Shown here one piece after another: positions 58,282 through 64,000 of a DNA stretch of 64,000 bases. The notes under the pieces are model-generated. The model had not been told where the DNA came from. It saw only the letters and a program-made list of their open reading frames with translations, and ran no database searches. Position 1 is the stretch's first letter; each line of letters starts with the position of its first letter. The position numbers were made by a program, and so were the translations under genes. This stretch comes from Gammaproteobacteria bacterium (lineage in GTDB: Bacteria > Pseudomonadota > Gammaproteobacteria > JAADGQ01), in NCBI GenBank assembly GCA_015490755.1, contig WFXF01000002.1, forward strand, positions 8,433 through 72,432. Reading direction: 5' to 3'.

Positions 58282-58383
58282 AGATAAAAAAACCGTTACT
58301 TGCAGGTTGCAAGATAGTAAATAGCCGCCATAATAGGCGGTTTTCTATATGTTCTCCACTAAATTTAATAGATACTGAGTCTG

Positions 58384-60150
58384 ATGAAACAACTAATAAA
58401 AAACCTGCTTTGTGATGCTGTTTTTCAACTGCAACAGGAAGGCGTGCTGCCAAAAGATTTGAAGCTGGATATTCGGGTTGAACGTGGACGCAATAAAGAG
58501 CTGGGTGATTTTGCCTGCAATCTTGCTCTGGTATTATCTAAATCAGCACGTTGTAAACCGCGTGATTTGGCAGAAAAGCTGGTGCAGGCATTGCCTGAGT
58601 CAGCTTCAATATCCAGGATTGAGGTTGCTGGCCCGGGATTCATTAATTTTTTTATGGCACCAGCAGCATTCCAGAAAGTTATTTTAGCTGTGCATGAAGC
58701 CGGTGAAGCTTATGGGCGCAGCACGATTGGCCGAGGGCGTAGAGTTCAGGTTGAGTTTGTTTCTGCCAATCCGACCGGGCCATTGCATGTCGGTCACGGT
58801 CGAGGTGCAGCATACGGTGCCACAGTCGCAGATTTGCTGGTGGCTGCCGGTTTTGAAGTGCATCGTGAATATTATGTGAATGATGCGGGTCGCCAGATGA
58901 ATATTTTGGCGACCAGTGTCTGGTTGCGTTATCTGGAGCTTTGTGGCGAAGAAATTATATTTCCAGTCAGTGGCTATCGTGGTGAATATATACGCGACAT
59001 TGGAGCGGCATTGAAAAATAGTCATGGAAATACATTTTTGCATGCAGCTCAAACAGTGATGGCTGATTTGCCTGAAGATGCAATCGAAGAGGGTCGCGGC
59101 GATAAAGAGGCGCATATTGATGGCCTGATTCAGCGAGCGAGACAGCTATTAGGTGAGCAGGGTTATCGCACAGTATTTAATGCGGGGCTGGAATCTATTC
59201 TGGGCGATATCCGTAAAGATCTTGAAGAGTTTGGTGTTGTTTACGAGGAGTGGTTTTCCGAGCGCTCTCTGGTTGAAAGTGGTTTGGTTGAAAAAACAAT
59301 TGAGCGACTCAAAGGCTGCGGTCATCTTTATGAAAAAGAGGGCGCGTGGTGGTTTAAATCAACCGATTTTGGCGATGAAAAAGATCGTGTTGTGGTGCGG
59401 GATAATGGTGAAACCACCTATTTTGCATCTGATGTCGCCTATCATCTGGATAAAGCAGAGCGTGGTTATGAAAAGGTGATTGATGTTTGGGGGGCTGATC
59501 ATCATGGTTATGTTCCGCGTGTTAAGGCAGCCCTTGCAGCGATGGGTAAACAGCCTGATCTGCTGGATGTTTTACTGGTTCAATTTGCTAACCTTTATCG
59601 CGATGGTAAAAAAGTACAGATGTCGACTCGCAGTGGTTCATTTGTCACGTTGCGTGAATTGCGTGAAGAGGTGGGTAAAGATGCCGCACGTTTTTTCTAT
59701 GTGATGCGCAAATGCGAGCAGCATATGGATTTTGATCTGGAGTTAGCCAAATCACAGTCGAATGAAAATCCGGTTTATTACGTGCAATATGCACATGCAC
59801 GTATTTGCAGTGTGATGCGGCAATTAAAGGAGCGAGAGCTGAGTTGGAACAGAGAGCAAGGTGAAGCTCATCTGTCGTTGCTGACTGAAGCTCATGAGCA
59901 AGCATTAATGGCCAGTCTTGCGCGTTATCCTGAGCTGCTCGAAACAGCGGCATTAAATCATGAGCCGCATCAGGTTGTTTATTACTTGCGCGATCTGGCG
60001 ACCGAGTTTCATACTTACTATAATGCTCATCAGTTTATTGTTGATGATGAAAAGTTACGAAATGCACGTTTTTCACTCATACTAGCGGTAGGTCATGTAT
60101 TGAAAAACGCTTTATTATTGTTAGGCGTTTCTGCACCGGAAAGTATGTAA
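58384..60150 (+). CDS. argS: arginine--tRNA ligase
   Basis: Class I HIGH (PTGPLHVGH) and KMSK-like (MSTRSG) motifs; 588 aa. Confidence 0.96.
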   Translation: MKQLIKNLLCDAVFQLQQEGVLPKDLKLDIRVERGRNKELGDFACNLALVLSKSARCKPRDLAEKLVQALPESASISRIEVAGPGFINFFMAPAAFQKVILAVHEAGEAYGRSTIGRGRRVQVEFVSANPTGPLHVGHGRGAAYGATVADLLVAAGFEVHREYYVNDAGRQMNILATSVWLRYLELCGEEIIFPVSGYRGEYIRDIGAALKNSHGNTFLHAAQTVMADLPEDAIEEGRGDKEAHIDGLIQRARQLLGEQGYRTVFNAGLESILGDIRKDLEEFGVVYEEWFSERSLVESGLVEKTIERLKGCGHLYEKEGAWWFKSTDFGDEKDRVVVRDNGETTYFASDVAYHLDKAERGYEKVIDVWGADHHGYVPRVKAALAAMGKQPDLLDVLLVQFANLYRDGKKVQMSTRSGSFVTLRELREEVGKDAARFFYVMRKCEQHMDFDLELAKSQSNENPVYYVQYAHARICSVMRQLKERELSWNREQGEAHLSLLTEAHEQALMASLARYPELLETAALNHEPHQVVYYLRDLATEFHTYYNAHQFIVDDEKLRNARFSLILAVGHVLKNALLLLGVSAPESM

Positions 60151-60152
60151 CT

Positions 60153-60767
60153 GTGGCTACAAAAAATAAAAAAAACCAGCGTGTTTATGATCGTAGGCGC
60201 TCAGATAAAAAAGCGGCCGAGAGAAGAGCAGATCAGAAAAAAAGAACGCCGGGCTGGGTCTGGCTTTTGGTGGGTCTTATTCCTGGGCTTGGTGTGGCAC
60301 TTTTAGTTTATTTAATGAAAGACGAGTCTGAAGTAACACTGCATGAAACAAAAGTGACAATATCTTCCGCATTACAGCAAGAGGAGCCTGTTGCGCCTTT
60401 GCCTCCGCAACCTGAAGCGCGTTATGACTTTTATAAGTCATTGCAAGATATGAAAATTTTTATCCCTGATGAAGAAGAGATCGTAACCAATAAAAGATCA
60501 AACTCTGAAATCAAAGAAATAAAACAGCCGGGTGCTTATATTTTTCAGGTTGCTTCATTTAAAGAGTATAAAATGGCTGATGCATTGAAAGCAAAACTGG
60601 CTATACTGGGTATCAAGTCGGGTATACAGACCGTTACTATTGAAAATGGATCTACCTGGCATCGTGTTCGCATTGGCCCTATTCATGAATTGCCACGCTT
60701 GCATGAGGTTAAATTACAGCTTCAGCAAAATGATATTGAATTTATTTTGCTGAAATTAAAGGGGTAA
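60153..60767 (+). CDS. SPOR domain-containing protein (FtsN-like: basic N-terminus, TM, Pro/Gln-rich linker, C-terminal SPOR)
   Basis: The C-terminal SPOR fold is …YIFQVASFKEYKMADALKAKLAILGI…WHRVRIGP…. Confidence 0.8.
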   Translation: MATKNKKNQRVYDRRRSDKKAAERRADQKKRTPGWVWLLVGLIPGLGVALLVYLMKDESEVTLHETKVTISSALQQEEPVAPLPPQPEARYDFYKSLQDMKIFIPDEEEIVTNKRSNSEIKEIKQPGAYIFQVASFKEYKMADALKAKLAILGIKSGIQTVTIENGSTWHRVRIGPIHELPRLHEVKLQLQQNDIEFILLKLKG

Positions 60768-60777
60768 GAAAGGCGTT

Positions 60778-63700
60778 ATGGGTACTAATTCTTATTTGAT
60801 TGGTATTGATGTCGGTTCGACGACGGTCAAGTGTGTGGTTGTTGAGCCTGAAAGTTTTTCTATTGTATGGCGTTGCTATGATCGGCACGAAGGGCTGCAA
60901 GGGCCAAAACTTCTTGAATCACTAGAGCGCATGGAGTCAGAAAATCCCTTTCTTAAAGAAGGCCAGCATCTGGCCTATATTACAGGCTCTGGTGGCACAG
61001 CCGTTGCCGGGCATGTGGGCGCAAGGTTTATTCAAGAGGTGAATGCTGTCACGCTTGCCGTTGAACGTTTACATCCTGATGTCAACAGTGTCGTCGAACT
61101 GGGAGGGCAGGATGCAAAAATTATCATATTTCAGCCCGGCGCCAATGCTGAGGAGCGGCGAGTTGTCACCTCAATGAATGATAAGTGTGCTTCAGGTACG
61201 GGCGCAACTATTGATAAGTGTCTGTTGAAAGTGGGTCTCAGCTCTGGGCAAGCCACCCAAATTCCCTTTTTACCCGAAAAACTACACCATGTGGCCGCAA
61301 AGTGTGGGGTGTTTGCAGAAACCGATGTTGTCAACCTGGTGAAGTCGGGTGTGCCATCTGAAGAGATTGTCAATTCATTGGCTGATGCCATTGTGATGCA
61401 AAATCTTACGGTGTTGACACGAGGTAATACGCTGCTGAGTAACGTATTGTTGCTGGGCGGCCCTAATACCTACTTACCCTTTTTGCAGGCTTGTTGGCGC
61501 AAGCGAATTATAGATACATGGAACGAGCGTGGTTATGCCGTTCCAGACATTCCGCCTGAAGAGCTGATTAAAGTACCTGATGATGCACAATATTATGCCG
61601 CATTCGGCGCGGTCGTATTTGGTGCGCAGGAGCAGGCTGAAGGGGCTGACTATTGTGGTGTTGAACGGCTTCGCACTCATTTGAGTGGAGAGGGCCAGCG
61701 TGCATCCTCTCACCACACAGGTCCGGGTTTATGGAAAACAGAAGAAGATCTGGATGAGTTCAAGAAAACCTATGTAAAACCTGCATTTAAAGCTCAGCAG
61801 TTTAATAGGGAAGAGACTGTTCGTGTTTTTGTGGGAATTGATGGTGGTTCAACCACCACTAAAGCTGTGTTGCTTGATGAACAAGGCGAGGTGATTACAA
61901 AAGAGTATCTGCTCTCCACAGGCAACCCCATTAATGATAGCAATATCATTTTCAAAAAACTGAAAGAGTATATCTCGCAGCAATCTGCTCCTATTGAAAT
62001 TGCAGGTTGTGGTGTGACGGGCTACGCTGGTGATGTACTTGAAAAAGCATTAGGCTGTGATGCCAATATTGTTGAAACGATTGCACATATGCAAAGTGCC
62101 AAGCGTTTCTGTGGTGATGATATTGACGTGGTTTGTGATGTCGGTGGTCAGGATATTAAAGTCCTTTTCTTGCAGCATGGTGACATAAAAAGCTTCCGCC
62201 TCTCAAATCAGTGCTCAGCGGGCAATGGTATGCTTTTGCAAGCAATGGCACAGCAGTTTGGTGTCAAAGTCGAACAGTTTGCGGATGTTGCATTTGAAGC
62301 AAAAAGTTCGCCCAATTTTAGTTATGGCTGTGCGGTTTTTCTCGATAGTGATCGTGTCAATTTTCAGAAAGAGGGTTATTCCCGAGAAGAGCTGTTTGCA
62401 GGTCTGGCTCGTGTATTGCCCAAAAATATATGGCAATACGTTGTTCAAATTCCACGCCTTGCCGAACTGGGACGTAAGTTTGTTCTGCAGGGCGGCACCC
62501 AATATAACCTGGCGGCGGTTAAAGCGCAGGTTGATTATATTAAAGCGCGTGTGCCCAATGCTGAAGTGATTGTACACCCCTATTGCGGTGAAGGCGGTGC
62601 GATTGGTGCGGCACTTGAGGCCATCAGGGTTGTAAAACTTCAAGGAAAATCTTCATTTATCGGGCTTGATGCCGCGCTCAATGTACAATTTACGACACGC
62701 ACGGATGAGGAGACGCGTTGCAACTTTTGCACCAATAGTTGCTCGCGTACCTTTATTGATATCGAACTACCTGCTTTGCCTCCTGTCAGGCATATTGCCG
62801 GGTTTGCCTGTGAAAAGGGCGAGGTCGAGTCTAAACAGGAGGTAGTTGTACAAGAGAAACAGAGGCGAAAGCTTAAAGCGAATTATCCTAATATGGTGGA
62901 TGAAGAGTCGAAGCTGGTTTTTCGTCATGTCTACAAAGCCACCTTGCTTCCTGATACTTCAACACAGATCGAAACCACTCAACCTGAAAAGCGTTGGTTT
63001 ACTATTCACCATAAAAAAGTAAAACGTAATTTTCAGCGCAGCTCAGAGGCTGCTATGCAGCGCCGTCAACAAATTAGAGTTGGAATACCGCGTGCGCTGA
63101 ATATCTATACGATTGCACCTTTTATGCGGACGTACCTTGAGGCTTTGGGCATTACTTCGCACAATATTGTATTTTCTGATGAAACATCGGAAGAGTTGTG
63201 GCGTGATGGAGGAAAGTATGGATCAATCGATCCCTGCTTTCCTGCCAAGGTCTCACAAGCCCATATCTATAATTTGCTGTACAAGAAACAGACAAGCCGT
63301 AAATCACTTGACTATGTCTGGTTTCCGAGTGTGATTCAGCTCTCTAACTTTTGCACAAATGTTATTGGAAATACGACTTGCCCCATCGTGGCCGGTACGC
63401 CTAATGTTGTTAAGGCATCGTTTACAAAGGAAAAAAACCTGTTTGATCAGTGTGGTGTAGACTATGTTGATAGTGCGCTTGATTTTAATCACTTCTCTCT
63501 ACTCAAACGACAACTTTTTGATACATGGGCTTCACACCTTGATATCACAGAAGATGAGAGTGACTGGGCATGTGAACAGGGTCAAAAAGCGATGTTGCAT
63601 ATTGACGCAAAAGTGCAAAGCCGTGGTATGGAGTTGCTCAAATCCATGGAAGATAACAGTCGTGTCGGTTTGTTAATGCTGGGGCGACCTTATCATAATG

Positions 63701-64000
63701 ACCCCGGAATTAATCATGAAGTATTAAGTGATTTTCAGGCGCTGGGTTATCCGGTGCTCTCCATCCGCTCGATTCCTAAAGATCCAGCTTATCTTGATCA
63801 ATTTTTTGGTAAGGAGATTAGATCAGGAAAAATCGAAGATGCTTTTGATACTCGTGATGTCTGGCCTGAAAGTTACTCTGTGAATAGTGCTCAGAAAGTA
63901 TGGGCTGCAAAATTTGCTGCGCGCCACCCCAATATTGCTGTTGTTGATTTTTCAAGTTTTAAGTGTGGTCACGATGCACCGACGTATGGTTTGGTTAACC
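60778..64000 (+). CDS. large CoA-substrate-specific enzyme activase-like protein: two BadF/BadG/BcrA/BcrD (ASKHA) ATPase domains fused to a Cys-rich region and a DUF2229 / 2-hydroxyglutaryl-CoA dehydratase D-like domain. 5' partial; it runs off the window.
   Basis: The frame is open from the ATG at 60778 to the window end (1074+ codons), and was absent from the ORF track because it has no stop. Two ASKHA phosphate-1 motifs (IGIDVGSTTVKCVVV and VGIDGGSTTTKAVLLD) and a CNFCTNSC Cys cluster are visible. Confidence 0.8.
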   Translation, partial: MGTNSYLIGIDVGSTTVKCVVVEPESFSIVWRCYDRHEGLQGPKLLESLERMESENPFLKEGQHLAYITGSGGTAVAGHVGARFIQEVNAVTLAVERLHPDVNSVVELGGQDAKIIIFQPGANAEERRVVTSMNDKCASGTGATIDKCLLKVGLSSGQATQIPFLPEKLHHVAAKCGVFAETDVVNLVKSGVPSEEIVNSLADAIVMQNLTVLTRGNTLLSNVLLLGGPNTYLPFLQACWRKRIIDTWNERGYAVPDIPPEELIKVPDDAQYYAAFGAVVFGAQEQAEGADYCGVERLRTHLSGEGQRASSHHTGPGLWKTEEDLDEFKKTYVKPAFKAQQFNREETVRVFVGIDGGSTTTKAVLLDEQGEVITKEYLLSTGNPINDSNIIFKKLKEYISQQSAPIEIAGCGVTGYAGDVLEKALGCDANIVETIAHMQSAKRFCGDDIDVVCDVGGQDIKVLFLQHGDIKSFRLSNQCSAGNGMLLQAMAQQFGVKVEQFADVAFEAKSSPNFSYGCAVFLDSDRVNFQKEGYSREELFAGLARVLPKNIWQYVVQIPRLAELGRKFVLQGGTQYNLAAVKAQVDYIKARVPNAEVIVHPYCGEGGAIGAALEAIRVVKLQGKSSFIGLDAALNVQFTTRTDEETRCNFCTNSCSRTFIDIELPALPPVRHIAGFACEKGEVESKQEVVVQEKQRRKLKANYPNMVDEESKLVFRHVYKATLLPDTSTQIETTQPEKRWFTIHHKKVKRNFQRSSEAAMQRRQQIRVGIPRALNIYTIAPFMRTYLEALGITSHNIVFSDETSEELWRDGGKYGSIDPCFPAKVSQAHIYNLLYKKQTSRKSLDYVWFPSVIQLSNFCTNVIGNTTCPIVAGTPNVVKASFTKEKNLFDQCGVDYVDSALDFNHFSLLKRQLFDTWASHLDITEDESDWACEQGQKAMLHIDAKVQSRGMELLKSMEDNSRVGLLMLGRPYHNDPGINHEVLSDFQALGYPVLSIRSIPKDPAYLDQFFGKEIRSGKIEDAFDTRDVWPESYSVNSAQKVWAAKFAARHPNIAVVDFSSFKCGHDAPTYGLVN

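Noticed and set aside
1-64000. CRISPR arrays, integrases, transposases, tRNA or rRNA genes
   Set aside because: No short regularly spaced direct repeats, no integrase or transposase-like ORFs, and no cloverleaf-like tRNA candidates were seen in intergenic regions by eye. A tRNAscan/Infernal pass would be needed to be certain.

Overview
The window is a 64-kb gammaproteobacterial chromosome segment of moderate GC, about 44-45% by eye, and mostly conserved core genes. In order it holds: a rod-shape and peptidoglycan cluster (mreC', mreD, mrdA, rodA, mltB, rlpA, dacA) followed by a class-IV aminotransferase; ubiC and ubiA; the yrbG-kdsD-kdsC-lptC-lptA-lptB-rpoN-hpf-ptsN locus, extended by hprK, rapZ, a mannose-type EIIA and HPr; pilU; recQ, a C-N hydrolase, yhdP, rng, rlmH and rsfS on the minus strand; a small AT-rich accessory patch (about 29.7-32.3 kb); a cytochrome b561 / unknown membrane protein / monoheme cytochrome c / diheme cytochrome c operon with an OmpR-type two-component system; pgaABCD on the minus strand; an unknown 264-aa protein; minor pilins pilV and pilW; yibQ, ctpA, a TatA/B-family protein, hisE, coaE and pilD-pilC-pilB; pepP, ygfB, a coiled-coil protein, zapA, a candidate 6S RNA and ygfA; a fructosamine kinase, transaldolase, engB, argS and a SPOR protein; and the first 1074+ codons of a giant double-ATPase CoA-enzyme activase-like ORF that runs off the window. 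The accessory patch holds an orphan alpha/beta hydrolase, a PilX-like pilin remnant, a DUF1778/GNAT toxin-antitoxin pair, a 163-bp palindromic MITE-like repeat with a second copy at 51.1 kb, and a 130-bp direct duplication. No CRISPR array, transposase, integrase or tRNA gene was seen. The most system-like candidates for something undescribed are the accessory patch together with the adjacent haem-protein and two-component operon, which contains an uncharacterised His/Gly-rich membrane protein.
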